From positions 49,786,001 through 49,850,000 of the forward strand of contig NC_047015.1 of NCBI RefSeq assembly GCF_902652985.1: 64,000 nucleotides of DNA, given 5' to 3'. Below, one piece after another: positions 41,861 through 55,500 of this stretch. The position numbers and the translations under genes were made by a program. The DNA comes from Pecten maximus (Eukaryota). The stretch's first letter is position 1. The number at the start of each line of letters is the position of its first letter. The notes below the pieces were generated by a model. It was not told where the DNA came from. It saw only the letters and a list, made by a program, of their open reading frames with translations, and did not search any database.

Positions 41861-43299
41861 AATAAACGTCGAGAAAAACAAAATGGGATATTTAAAGATG
41901 GATCTAAAGTATATGGTCTTCATTTGTGGTGACGTAAAGTTCAATGCGAACAAACAATAACTTTAAAGTAGTTCCTAGTATTTTCAAGGTATTATGAATT
42001 AATTTTAAGTTAACGAGTTTACATGTTCATCGGTAGCTTTTTCTAGCATTCGATCAAACGAAGTTGTAAATCACTTATGTTTGTCTGTTGGCTAGCGATT
42101 ATTGCAAATGCGGTTTTTCGCTTAATTCCCATTTTAAATTATAATCAAAACTGTTCAACTTAAAAATCAGCATAGGATCGATTGTGAGAGGGAGCCAGGG
42201 GGTTAATTCCATGATGTGTGTAGAGGTCATTGCAAAGGCTCATGTTTACGCTTCGTCATCGAAGATTGTATGTTTGATAGAACGCTCAATGCATGTCTAA
42301 GCGATTTGATCAGCAAACCCCATTACTGGCACCGAGAATATCAACTGTGACTCATAGACACAGGGGCATGGAAAAAAAATCAAAATATTATATTGGGTTC
42401 TTTGTAAGTGTACGTGGTAGTATCCCTCGAACCAATCACTGACTACATGAAGCATATTAAGCGAGTGTAAAATAAAACCATTAGGACCTAATCATTCTCC
42501 TGACACATCAGGCAATAGTATAGCATACTATGATCAATTCCAAGCCCCTGTGGTCACAGCGAAAGTCCTTTAACTAGATCATCCCAGACTAAACAATACA
42601 GAAGATATATTTATCAACATGTTTTCATTGCACAACACGCTTTTAGGCTTGGTAAATACAAATGCTGTTGATCACAGCATCACGTAGTCGCCTACTAATC
42701 GGTCGAGAATGCACGCGCTTGCTTCAGGCACTTGTTCTCGAATGTCGATTAACTAGTAAGGAGTGGTCACGTAGGGAAGCACTTAATCCATGTATTGGTG
42801 TTCACTTCATATATCTACAGCGGAAAATAATTAAGAATGAGACTTTGATTGAAATGTTTGTCATATTCATAACCCTGTAATGCAGTAAAAGTGCACGTGG
42901 CCAAGAGGTGCAGTGGTAATATACTGGCATGGGAATCACCTAGGCGACATGAGTTCAATTCGTATATATTTGTTAGGTTTTATAATGTTACACGTCTATT
43001 TGACGTCCACTGAAAGGCCGAAAAGCCGTGATAGCGCACAGTAAACTTGTTGTTAATAATAAGAATAAAGCCTATTGTTTAACATCCTATCAATAACAAT
43101 GGTCATTGAAGGACAACTTCCTATCGAATGTGAATAGGTATAGTTTCACCTGTCCGACCACGTGGGTTTTCTCCGGATACTCCAGTGGTACTCGTTAGCT
43201 TCCATCCTTGTCATCAAGAGTGATTTTCAGTGAAATGAAGATGCTCTTTTATGCCAATTATTTCGAAAATCAGGTCACGTGATCAGCAGCAACATTCGA

Positions 43300-45350
43300 A
43301 ATTTACCAGCCGACATCAACTGTTAGTTTCCGAACTTTAAAAGAAGCAAAAAGTTATTATCAAGGGAAGGGAGTGCTGATATCATCATCTTAAATACTCA
43401 CACTCCAAAGATGCATTTAAAACAACATTATAGACAGTATGTTCAGCTAAATATGAAGTGCCTATACACCAGACAAAGAACAACTTCAGATTTTCGATGG
43501 CGAAGAAATGAGTGGTCGTGCAATGGAGATTAAGGGGCTGATAAAGTTTTCGCCGACATGTCATTTACACCAATGCATGGGGTTCACAAGAAAAACAAAC
43601 ATCTAATACAAGATTCTCCAAACATCAGACTTATGTGGTTCTGTGATGCCTGTAAAGAGATAGTTCAGAAAAGACATCAAAATGGATTCAATAATACCAG
43701 GCTATAATGGAAAAGATAAGACAAGAATATCATCACTCGAAGAGATAATAACAACAAAATTCAACGAGGATGGAGTACGTTAAATAGTGAAGGAAATGAA
43801 AGACGCGAATCAAATAAACCAACTTGAATAGCCTTAACCACATGCTGCAAACAAGCATGTTTTACTTACAGCCCCAAATCACAAAGATAATGTAGAAGAA
43901 AATCGCGACTAAGAACATGAATAGTTTTAATTTAATTCGTACCTGAACTCGACTCCTCTTAACCAGGAGGAAAAGATTACACATGGTACTTGAACCAGCA
44001 AAGATAACGGTATTCTAGAAAATGCAACATTAACAATTTCAGTGAGTTCTAGAGTAGGTGACAGCGAAAAGCTGCTGGTGTCCCTGGCAAATATGGTACC
44101 ATAAACGCTATCATTAAAATTATTATATGGGATGACCTAACTAAGGCCGATAAAGGGAACAGAAAAACAATTACTTGCTGGAGGAAGATAAAAACAACGA
44201 TGAAAAATTAACGGGGAATTCACCTTCAAAGTTCGGGGGCTTCCGTGAGCCAGGGAAATAACAAAAGTATAGACGAAAAACCAAATAGTTGAGTAAGCCG
44301 CAATAAGGCAGACAACAAAAGGTATTCCATAATCTAAAATGTATGTGTAAAGATAAGTTAAAATGTAAAATCACAGAATAAAATATCCTTGTAATTAATG
44401 TTTAACCGGACATAGGTCGGTATCACTGAGCATCACTGATGTAAGAGAGGGAAAACCGGAATACAGAATATGAAAGCATCCTTTTTTTCATAAAGAGATA
44501 CCCAAATCACAAGTTATTTAGCAAATTGTTGGACGACAACATTGACAGGTGAAAGGTACTGTGGGTCTCATGAATCCTAATTTGACACATGAGGAAGTAC
44601 GTATATGGACACATTGTTGCCAGAGAACATATTTCTGGATGTGAAACAAGTCCTTATCCAAACATTCTAGTAGGCCTGATATACAGATCAATCCCTGGAA
44701 TTACAGATGATAACATACGAGTTAATAGAACATATTTTTAATAGATAGTAATTCATGAAACATCAGAGGCGAGAGTAAAGAAAAGTAAAAGTACAAAATC
44801 ATAGTAATGCTACAAGACAGCTTTCCTCTTTTGGCATCTGCAAGAGTCAAAATGGAACTATAACCCACATTGATTTGATAATAATCAAAGCCTAAAGCTC
44901 AATGTCAATGAGTATTGGATCGAAATTGAAGACTAAAGTGCTTTCAGTATGAGTGACCAATATTGTGTGTAATAGGAAAGTAAACCTAAAACGGGACAGT
45001 AAATAATGCCACAAGAACGCTTATCAAAACATGCTGAGGATAATGAACTCTGGTTACATTGTGGTTATGCTCGGTATATTGCATATCAAAGTAGGAATAA
45101 ATTGTAGATTTGTATCAATTCCACTGAAAAGGTAAAAGAAAACAAGTGCAAAATTTCTGCGGAAGAAAGAAGGGTCATGCAAAACTAGGTCAAATCCAAG
45201 TAATGTCAGGTTCTTAAAATAAGAACCGAATCAGGCAAAAAGGGAGCACCGGACATATTGAACATAACGATGGGCCAGCAGCATACTAGGATGGAGGATG
45301 TTCAGATGGAAGATCCGGAACTTCTATCAAGGCACGGGAGTCAAAATGTG
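43300..45350 (+). mobile_element. Very old CR1/L2-type LINE relic (ORF1 PHD-like and EN remnants)
   Basis: Fragments LMWFCDACKE, DDLTKA, VGITE and LVGLIYRS; A-rich + strand; no intact frame. Confidence 0.55.
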
Positions 45351-47689
45351 TTAAAATATTAAAATAACTTCTTATTAGAAACCCAAAAGTCTAAGAAGCA
45401 GGTTAGGAATAAAAGTTCAATAATAGTTAGATATAATGAGCTTGACCTACTTTCAATGTATTCGGGTCATTTAGTATCAATATATAATTGCCTTCTTTTC
45501 GATAACTATGGGGTCAAAGGTCATGCTATAGGTCAGTAGCATGCTGGAATGAGAAACTGCAACGTTTGTTTGTAACGTTGTCCTACATTGAGGATCACAT
45601 GGTCAAATGTGCTACATTTGTTAAAGAATTCTTCCGATTCTTCTAAATATCCAAAAGGACCAGATTTAATTCTGCTTAAATGGGTGACATTAGAGTAGAT
45701 GCAAGGTCACAGAAGTAAAACATTGTTAAATCATTTGTTCACAAATAATTAAATCGAAAAGTTACGATGTTAGACATAGAAACAACATTTATTTAGGGCT
45801 GGAATCTTCACTTCTTAAGCTGCAGAACGGTGAGCGATACAGGCAATTTGATCTTATGTTGGAATGTGTGCCAAAACCCTTGCGGACACCGACGATCAAT
45901 TGATTTATAATGATGTAAATCAATTTGTCTACCAGAACCATTTGACTGATGCGATTGTTACACAATACGTTTATATTTATTGTTTTATTATCTCCTAGGC
46001 GGACACGTTAACACTGAAGAAGAAAAAATATTGTACATTTTGTTTCTAGATATACATACACAATAGACTTATACCTAGTAAGTAGTAATCATGCCATTGG
46101 CGACAATCGGATCGACACGGCTCAGCCTTGTTGAAGTCACGTTTCAGATTGGCTGGCAGAATGCATTAGGGAATACCAAATAATGTATTTGTTAGTTTGA
46201 ATTCCGCGTATTATCGTAGATAATAACAACACCAACAACAACAACTAACAACAACAACTACTACAACAACAACCACACGTTGAAAGTATGATGCCTACAG
46301 CAATGTGCTTGTAAACCTATGTTGGGTTATATTTCAATTAATAGGGCTCACTTGAGGGAGTTTCCTTTGACTGCAGACTGGGAAATGTAAAAGAGTGATG
46401 TGGAGGGCTGCAAAGCTGGTGCCGCTTCCTTAATCATGAAAACAATGCATAGCTTTATTTAAAATATGCAACCAATGCTATGTTAAGGTTTCAATAACCA
46501 TTGGTTTTTTTAAGTTAAAACATATATTTGTATTTCATCATTGGAAATAGAATTACCAGTACATGGTTTATTATTTAGGCTCAATATATCCTTACAAGGC
46601 CTTCAAAGGCTTTTTTTCCAAATAAAATCCATATGTTAGGAAGTATGTATGTTTGTTCTATAAATAGTCAGATGTTTATTTCACAATTGGAATTATGATT
46701 CTCATAATATGAAATTGAACATTTTGGCTCAACAAATCCTTGGAAGGCTTATTTCCAAAAATGTCTCTATTTTATTGAATCAACATCATTCACAATATTC
46801 TTGCTATTCTGATTAGGTTTTTTTCCAAAATATTTATCAAATATGTTTCATCTTATTTGCTTACTTCATAAACATAGAATTCTGTCATTTAAATGAAGGA
46901 ATATCAGCTGATTTTATTATTATTATTTTTTCAGTCTAAAACAATAAAAATACACTCCTGGTATAAAAAAAAAAAATGCTTAAGTTGCAGATGCTGAAAA
47001 ATGTAATATACACCAAAGTATAATATATCTAATAGTTAAATCATGTTAGAAGAGTGTAGATATTTTTGTGTTGAAGGGCATGCTTATATCAATACGTTTC
47101 GATAGTATATATACGGTACATGTAACACGTCATATAGTGCTAGCATTGCGTGCATATTTCAGGCAGTTGGAAGCCAGACGGGGTTTACAAAACGTCATTA
47201 TATACCTGATTTACTGAGCAAAACACAAGATAATCGAATTTCTGGTCGTAACGCAAATCTGTTATATATTGCATATATATGAGTTGGTATATATTTTCTG
47301 GCTCCTCTGCCAATGCTGGCCTCCCCATAGTTATTGGTCCAGAAGACAAGTTTCAGATACATACATAGCTAGACCGCCAGACAAATCGTCATCCCTTTAG
47401 AAATGGCTTCCCCTCCGACATCATATTGATGTGTCTGGCTTTGTCCGAGGGAATGTCTGTTTCGTCTGAGGATTGTTTCCGGGTTCATTTCTATTTACAG
47501 TCGCCTGGTCGTTTATATCGCCGGATTAATAGAATAGCAGTTCACAACCTCTTAACCCTGACTCATGAAACACTCTCTATGTCTGTAGGCCAGACCCAAG
47601 CGTCCAGCCACTTAAATTCCCAGCTTTTCTGCAGGCGAGGCACCACTGTCTCAGTAAATATGTTAGCCAAGTACCAATTTTCCAATATG

Positions 47690-50600
47690 TTCCTAAACCA
47701 GGCACCAGTTTCCCGGTGTGTCTGTTATTCAGGAATCAATGTCCCAGTGCGTCTGTTAGACATGTTCTAATATCTTAGTAGATGTCTAATAACTAGGCAT
47801 CGATAGGTACCAATGTCCCACTGTGTCTGTTAGCTAGGTACCAATGTCCCACTGTGTCTGTTAGCTAGGAACCAGTGTCCCACTGTATCTGTTAGCCAGG
47901 TACCAGTGTCCCACTGTATCTGTTAGCCAGGTACCAATGTCCTTCTGTGTCTGTTAGTCAGGTACCAATGTCCCACTGTGTCTGGTAGCTAGGTATCAAT
48001 GTCCCACTGTATCTGTTAGCCAGGTACCAATGTCCCACTGTGTCTGTTAGTTAGGTACCAATGTCCCACTGTGTCTGTTAGCCATGTACCAATGTCCAAC
48101 TGTGTCTGTTAGTTAGGTACCAATGTCCAACTGTGTCTGTTAGCTAGGTACCAATGTCCCACTGTGTCTGTTAGCCAGGTACCAAATGTCCCACTGTGTC
48201 TGTTAGTTAGGTACCAATGTCCCACTGTGTCTGTTAGCTAGGTATCAATGTCCCACTGTATCTGTTAGCCAGGTACCAATGTCCCACTGTGTCTGTTAGT
48301 TAGGTACCAATGTCCCACTGTGTCTGTTAGCCATGTACCAATGTCCAACTGTGTCTGTTAGTTAGGTACCAATGTCCAACTGTGTCTGTTAGCTAGGTAC
48401 AAATGTCCCACTGTGTCTGTTAGCCAGGTACCAATGCCCCACTGTGTATGTTAGCTAGGTACCAATGTCCCACTGTATCTGTTAGCCAGGTACCAATGTC
48501 CTTCTGTGTCTGTTAGTCAGGTACCAATGTCCCACTGTGTCTGTTAGCTAGGTACCAATGTCCCACTGTGTCTGTTAGCCAGGTACCAAATGTCCCACTG
48601 TGTCTGTTAGTTAGGTACCAATGTCCCACTGTGTCTGTTAGCTAGGTATCAATGTCCCACTGTATCTGTTAGCCAGGTACCAATGTCCCAGTCTGTCTGT
48701 TAGTTAGGTACAAATGTCCCACTGTGTCTGTTAGCCAGGTACCAATATCCCAGTGTGTCTGTTAGTTAGGTACCAATGTCCCACTGTGTATGTTAGCCAG
48801 GTACCAAATGTCCCACTGTGTCTGTTAGCCAGGTATCAATGTCCCACTGTGTCTGTTAGCTAGGTACCAATGTCCAACTGTGTATGTTAGCCAGGTACCA
48901 ATGTCCCACTGTGTCTGTTAGCCAGGTACCAATGTCCAACTGTGTCTGTTAGCTATGTGCCAAAAAAAAATATCCCAGTGTGTCTGTTAGTTAGGTACCA
49001 ATGTCCGAGTGAGTCTGTTAGTTAGGTACCAATGTCCCACTGTGTCTGTTAGCCAGGTACCAATGTCCCACTGTGTCTGTTAGTTTGCTACCATCGTCCC
49101 ACTGTTTATGTTAGCTAGGTACCAATGTCCCACTGTGTCTGTTAGTTTGGTACCAATGTCCCACTGTGTCTGTTAGCTAGATACCAATGTCCCACTGTGT
49201 CTGTTAGCTAGGTACCAATGTCCCACTGTGTCTGTTAGCCAGGTACCAATGTCCCACTGTGTCTGTTAGCTAGGTACCAATGTCCAACTGTGTATGTTAG
49301 CCAGGTACCAATGTCCCACTGTGTCTGTTAGCTATGTGCCAAAAAAAATATCCCAGTGTGTATGTTAGTTAGGTACCAATGTCCCACTGTATATGTTAGC
49401 TAGGTACCAATGTCTCACTGTGTCTGTTAGTTAGGTACCAATGTCTCACTGTGTATGTTAGCTAGGTACCAATGTCCCACTGTGTCTGTTAGCTAGGTAC
49501 CAATGTCCGAGTGAGTCTGTTAGTTAGGTCCCAATGCCCAACTGTGTATGTTAGCTAGGTACCAATGTCCCACTGTATCTGTTAGCCAGGTACCAATGTC
49601 CTACTGTGTCTGTTAGTCAGGTACCAATGTCCCACTGTGTCTGTTAGCTAGGTACCAATGTCCCACTGTGTCTGTTAGCCAGGTACCAATATCCCACTGT
49701 GTCTGTTAGCTAGGTACCAATGTCCCACTGTGTCTGTAAGCCAGGTACCAAATGTCCCACTGTGTCTGTTAGTTAGGTACCAATGTCCCACTTTGTCTGT
49801 TAGCCAGGTACCAATATCCCACTGTGTCTGTTAGCCAGGTACCAATGCCCCACTGTGTATGTTAGCTAGGTACCAATGTCCCACTGTGTCTGTTAGTTAG
49901 GTACCAATGTCCCACTGTATCTGTTAGTTAGGTACCAATGTCCCACTGTGTCTGTTAGCCAGGTACCAATGTCCCACTGTGTCTGTTAGCCAGGTACCAA
50001 TGTCCCACTGTGTCTGTTAGCTAAGGTACCAATGTCCCACTGTGTCTGTTAGCCAGGTACCAAATGTCCCACTGTGTCTGTTAGCTAGGTACCAATGTCC
50101 CACTGTGTCTGTTAGCCAGGTACCAAATGTCCCACTGTGTCTGTTAGTTAGGTACCAATGTCCCACTTTGTCTGTTAGCCAGGTACCAATGTCCCACTGT
50201 GTCTGTTAGTTAGGTACCAATGTCCCACTGTGTCTGTTAGTCAGGTACCAATGTCCCAGTGTGTCTGTTAGTTAGGTACCAATGTCCCACTGTGTCTGTT
50301 AGTTAGGTACCAATGTCCCACTGTGTCTGTTAGTTAGGTACCAATGTCCCACTGTGTCTGTTAGCCATGTACCAATGTCCAACTGTGTCTGTTAGCCAGT
50401 ACCAATGTCCCACTGTGTCTGTTAGCTAGGTACCAATGTCCCACTGTGTCTGTTAGCTAGGTACCAATGTCCCACTGTGTCTGTTAGTCAGGTTCCAATG
50501 TCCCACTGTGTCTGTTAGTTAGGTTCCAATGTCCCAATGAGTCATTTAGCTAGGTACCCATTTTCCCACTGTATATGTTAGCCAGGTACCAATGTCCCAG

Positions 50601-51652
50601 TGTGTCTGTTAGTTAGGTACCAATGTCCCAGTGTGTCTGTTAGCCAAGTACCAATGTCCCAGTGTGTCTGTTAGCCAGGTACCAATGTCCCAATGAGTCA
50701 TTTAGCTAGGTACAAATGTCCCACTTTGTGTCTATTAGTTAGTTACCGATGTCCCACCGTGTCTGTTAGCCAGGTTCCAATGTCCCAATGAGTCATTTAG
50801 CTAGGTACCAATGTCCCACTGCGTCAGTTAGCCAGGTACCAATATCCCACTGTGTCTGTTAGCTAGGTACCAATGTCCCACTGTATATGTTAGCCAGGTA
50901 CCAATGTCCCAGTGTGTCTGTTAGTTAGGTACCAATGTCCCAGTGTGTCTGTTAGCCAGGTACCAATGTCCCAATGAGTCATTTAGCTAGGTACAAATGT
51001 CCCACTTTGTGTCTATTAGTTAGTTACCGATGTCCCACCGTGTCTGTTAGCCAGGTTCCAATGTCCCAATGAGTCATTTAGCTAGGTACCAATGTCCCAC
51101 TGCGTCAGTTAGCCAGGTACCAATATCCCACTGTGTCTGTTAGCTAGGTACCAATGTCCCACTGCGTCTGTTAGTTAGGTACCAATGTCCCACTGTATCT
51201 GTTAGCTAGGTACCAATGTCCCACTGCGTCTGTTAGTCAGGTACCATTGTCCCACTGCGTCTGTTAGTCAGGTACCAATGTCCCACTGTGTCTGTTAGCT
51301 AGGTACCAATATCCCACTGTGTCTGTTAGCTAGGTACCAATGTCTCACTGTGTCTGTTAGTTAGGTACCAATGTCTCACTGTGTCTGTTACTTAGGTACC
51401 AATGTCTCACTGTGTCTGTTAGTTAGGTACCAATGTCCCACTGTGTCTGTTAGCTAGGTACCAATGTCTCACTGTGTCTGTTAGTTAGGTACCAATGTCC
51501 CACTGTGTCTGTTAGCTAGGTACCAATGTCCCAATGTGTCTGTTAGTTAGGTACCAATGTCCCACTGTGTCTGTTAGCTAGGTACAAATGTCCCACTGCG
51601 TCTGTTAGTTAGGTACCAATGTCCCACTGTGTCTGTTAGCTAGATACCAATA
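47690..51652. repeat. 31-bp tandem satellite, ~125 copies
   Basis: Unit aggtaccaatgtcccactgtgtctgttagct with variants. Confidence 0.98.
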
Positions 51653-52534
51653 TCGTATTACAGTTGGAGTTGATGTTTGAGGCACGTATGCTTTCTTGTT
51701 TGTTTGTGATATCATGTTTGCGGTAATGTGTTGTAACAATTTTTTTAACATAAAGAAACAACTACAATTGACCTTTGTTGTCTTTTTGTAAAAGAGGATC
51801 ATGAAGTCCTTCACCTGACCATCCCAGATAGAATTGAATAATGAGAAATACGTGGGTTACAACCAAACATTTCACAGTGTGTTGAATGTGCTTGCTATGC
51901 ATGTAAACATACGATATATCTGTTCTAAATGTACAACCCCCGCTTTCAATTCCCCTTACTCTAAATCGGGTTTGTAAATAGACAATATTCTTGAGTGGCC
52001 ACAGAGTGCTTGCGCGACGATGCCTAAGTAGAGTTTGCCATCAACAGAATTTCCAGCTTGGCCACTGTTGAGCAGGAAGCTTGTAAAACACAAACAAATG
52101 TCGATCAAGTCCACTAGTGGACAGTACAATATACAGACGTCACGATGGACGTTCATGATCGCCTCTCCGGACTTAACCATTTCCTAGCTTTTACTCTAAA
52201 TTTGTAACAAATTGGCGTTGAATATTTAAAAAATGTATCTTCCATCTAATTACATCACACAGAAAGGTGTCTGTTCAATCAATAGAGATTCCGTCGGACA
52301 GCGGAAGCAGCTGGTCGGCAGACAATGGCGCGGGGTGTCGTTCAGTGTCAATACTGCTTGTATTGATTCGCGAACCATAGGGCAGTATATCTGTTATAAG
52401 GGGCGGCGATAATCTCTATTATACAGAACTTGACATAAATAGTCTCAAGATTTCATTAACAAAGCTTTTCAATTATCGCCCGTGTAATGTTAATATCGTT
52501 ACGAAATACAAACAAACAAACAATAAGAAGACAG

Positions 52535-55500
52535 TAATAGAGTGAGAGGAATGGATAGACAGAGAGGGGAAATAGAGAAACATAGAGATATTGGGATAGA
52601 TTCGGAGGTTGATAGAGAGGGGAATAGAGAAAGATAAAGAGAGTGGGTAGACGAAAGGTGGATTGAGAAAGATAGAGGGAGGGGACAGACAGAAAAGTGG
52701 ATAGAGAGAGGGATAGAGAAATATATAGAGAGGGGATAGACAGAGAGGTGGATAGAGAGGGGGATAAGGGAAAGATAGAGAGAGGTGATTAAAGAAAGAT
52801 AGGGAGAGGAGGATAGAGAATGATATATAGCGGGGAATAGAAGTGGATAGAGCGGATAGAGAAAGATAGAGAGGGGGTATAGACAGAGGGGATAGACAGA
52901 GAGGTGGATACAGGGGATAGAGAAAGATAGAGAGGGGGTAGAGACAGAGGGGATAGAGAGAGGGGGTAGACGGATGAAGATAGAGATGGAGGAGAGGTGA
53001 TGAGAAGTGTATAGATAGAGGGGGATAAGGAAGAGAGTAGAGTAAGAAGATATAAGAGTGGAAGATGAAGAGGTGAAGAAAGGGGAAAGCAAAAGGGTAG
53101 GAAGATAGACAGAGAAAGGGGGATGATAAAGAGAGTAAGAGAGAGGGGATAGACAAAAAGGAGAGGGGAAAGAAGAAGTTAGAAAGGGGGATAGAAAAGA
53201 AATGTAGAGGAGGGATAGACAGAGAAGTGTGTTAGAGAGAGGGGGATAGAGAAGTTTAGAGAGAGGGGATAGCAGAGAGTGTAATGGAGAGGGGAAAGAC
53301 AGAAAGTGTATAGAGAGGAGGGAGAAGAGAATGTATAGAGAGAGGGGAAAGATAGAGCTGATATAGAGAGAGGGGGATAGACAGGAATTATAAGAAGAGG
53401 GGATAGCAGAGAAGGTATAGAGGAGGTGGGATAGACAGAGATGTATGAGAAGGGGGATAGACAGAAAGTGTAAGAGAGGGGGATAAGAAGAAGGTTGAAG
53501 AGCGGGGATTAGAGAAGAGAAGTATAGAGAGAGGAGATAGAGGAGTGTATAGAGAGAGGGGATAGACAGAGAAGTGATAGAGATAAGGGGGATAGACAGA
53601 GAAGTGATAGAGAGGGGAAAGAAGATGTATAGAGAGAGAGGGGGGATAAGACAGAAGTGTATAGAGAGAGGGGGATAGACAGAGAAGTGTATAGAGAGAG
53701 GGGGAAGAAAGAAGTGTAAGAGAGAGGGATAGCAAGAGAGTGTATAGAGAGAGGGGGGATAGACAGAAGTGTATAGAGAGAGGGGATAGAAAGGAGGGGG
53801 TGCAAGAGGATAGAGAGGGGATAGACAGAGAAGTGTATAGAGAGAGGGGATAGACAGAGAAGTGTATAGAGAGAGGGGATAGACAGAGAAGTGTATAGAG
53901 AGAGGGGATAGACAGAAAGTGTATAGAGAGAGGGGATAGACAAAGAAGTGTATAGAGAGAGGGGATAGACAGAGAAGGTATAGAGAGAGGGGGAAGAGAG
54001 AGGTAAGAGAGAGAGGGGAGGTAGAAGAAGTGTATATAGAGAGAGGGGGATAGACAGAAAGTGTTATAAGAGAGGGGAGAAGAGAAGGGTAAGAGAGAGG
54101 GGATAGACGAGAAGTGATAGAGAGAGGGGGATAGAAGATGAAGGGGTATACAAGTTAGAGAATGGGATGGATAGACAGAGAGTTAAGAGTAGAGGGGAAA
54201 ATAGATAGAGGAGGGGGATAGACAGAGAAGTGTATAGAGAGAGGGGACAGACGGTAAAGAATGATAGACGATGGTATAGGAGGGGGAAAGAGAGAGAAGG
54301 GTATAGAGAGGGGGGAAGACAGAGAAGTGTATAGAGAGGGGGGATAGACAGAGAAGTGTATAGAGAGAGGGGGATAGACAGAGAAGTGTATAGAGAGAGG
54401 GGATAGACAGGAAGGTGTATAGAGGAGGAGGAGGATAGAGAAGTGTATAGAGAGAGGGGATGGGAAGACAGAAAAGTGTATAGAGAGAGGGGATAGATAG
54501 AGACAAGTGTATAGAGAGAGGGGGATAGACAGAGCCAGTGTAGAGAGAGGGGAATAGCGAAGGTATAGAGAGAGGGGGAAATGGCAAGACATACCGAAAG
54601 GTATAGAGAGAGTGGGACAGACAGAGAAGTGTATAGAGAGAGGGGGATAGACAGAGAAGTGTATAGAGAGAGGGGGATAGACAGAGAAGTGTATAGAGAT
54701 AGGGGGATAGACAGAGAAGTGTATAGAGAGAGGGGAATAGAGAAGTGTATAGAGAGAGGGGGAAAGACAGAGAAGTGTATAGAGAAAGGGGGATAGACAG
54801 AGAAGTGTATAGAGAGAGTGGGACAGACAGAGAGGTGTATGGAGAGAGGGGATAGACAGAGAAGTGTATAGAGAGAGGGGGATAGACAGAGAAGTGTATA
54901 GAGAGAGGGGGATAGACAGAGAAGTGTATAGAGAGGGGGGGAAATAGACAAGAGTGTATAGAGAGGGGGATAAAGAGAAGTGTAATAGAGAGGGGGATAG
55001 ACAGAGAGTGTATAGAGAGAGGGGGGGATAGACAGAGAAGTGTATAGAGAGAGGGGGATAGGAGAAGTTTTATAGAGAGAGGGGATAGACAAGAAGTGTA
55101 TAGAAGGAGGATAGAACAGAGAAGTGTATAGAGAGAGGGGATAGACAGAGAAGAGTATAGAGAGAGAGGGGATAGACAGAGAAGTGTATAGAGATAGGGG
55201 GATAGACAGAGAAGTGTATAGAGAGAGGGGAATAGAGAAGTGTATAGAGAGAGGGGGAAAGACAGAGAAGTGTATAGAGAGAGGGGGACAGACAGAGAAG
55301 TGTATAGAGAGAGGGGATAGACAGAGAAGTGTATAGAGAGAGGGGGATAGACAGAGAAGTGTATAGAGAGAGGGGAGATAGAGAAGTGTATAGAGAGAGG
55401 GGGATAGACAGAGAAGTGTATAGAGAGAGGGGGATAGACAGAGAAGTGTATAGAGAGAGGGGAAGACAGAGAAGTGTATAGAGAGAGGGGGAAAGACAGA

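Noticed and set aside
47690-51652. CRISPR-like regular 31-bp repeats
   Set aside because: Head-to-tail units with no unique spacers, no cas genes, and a eukaryotic context.
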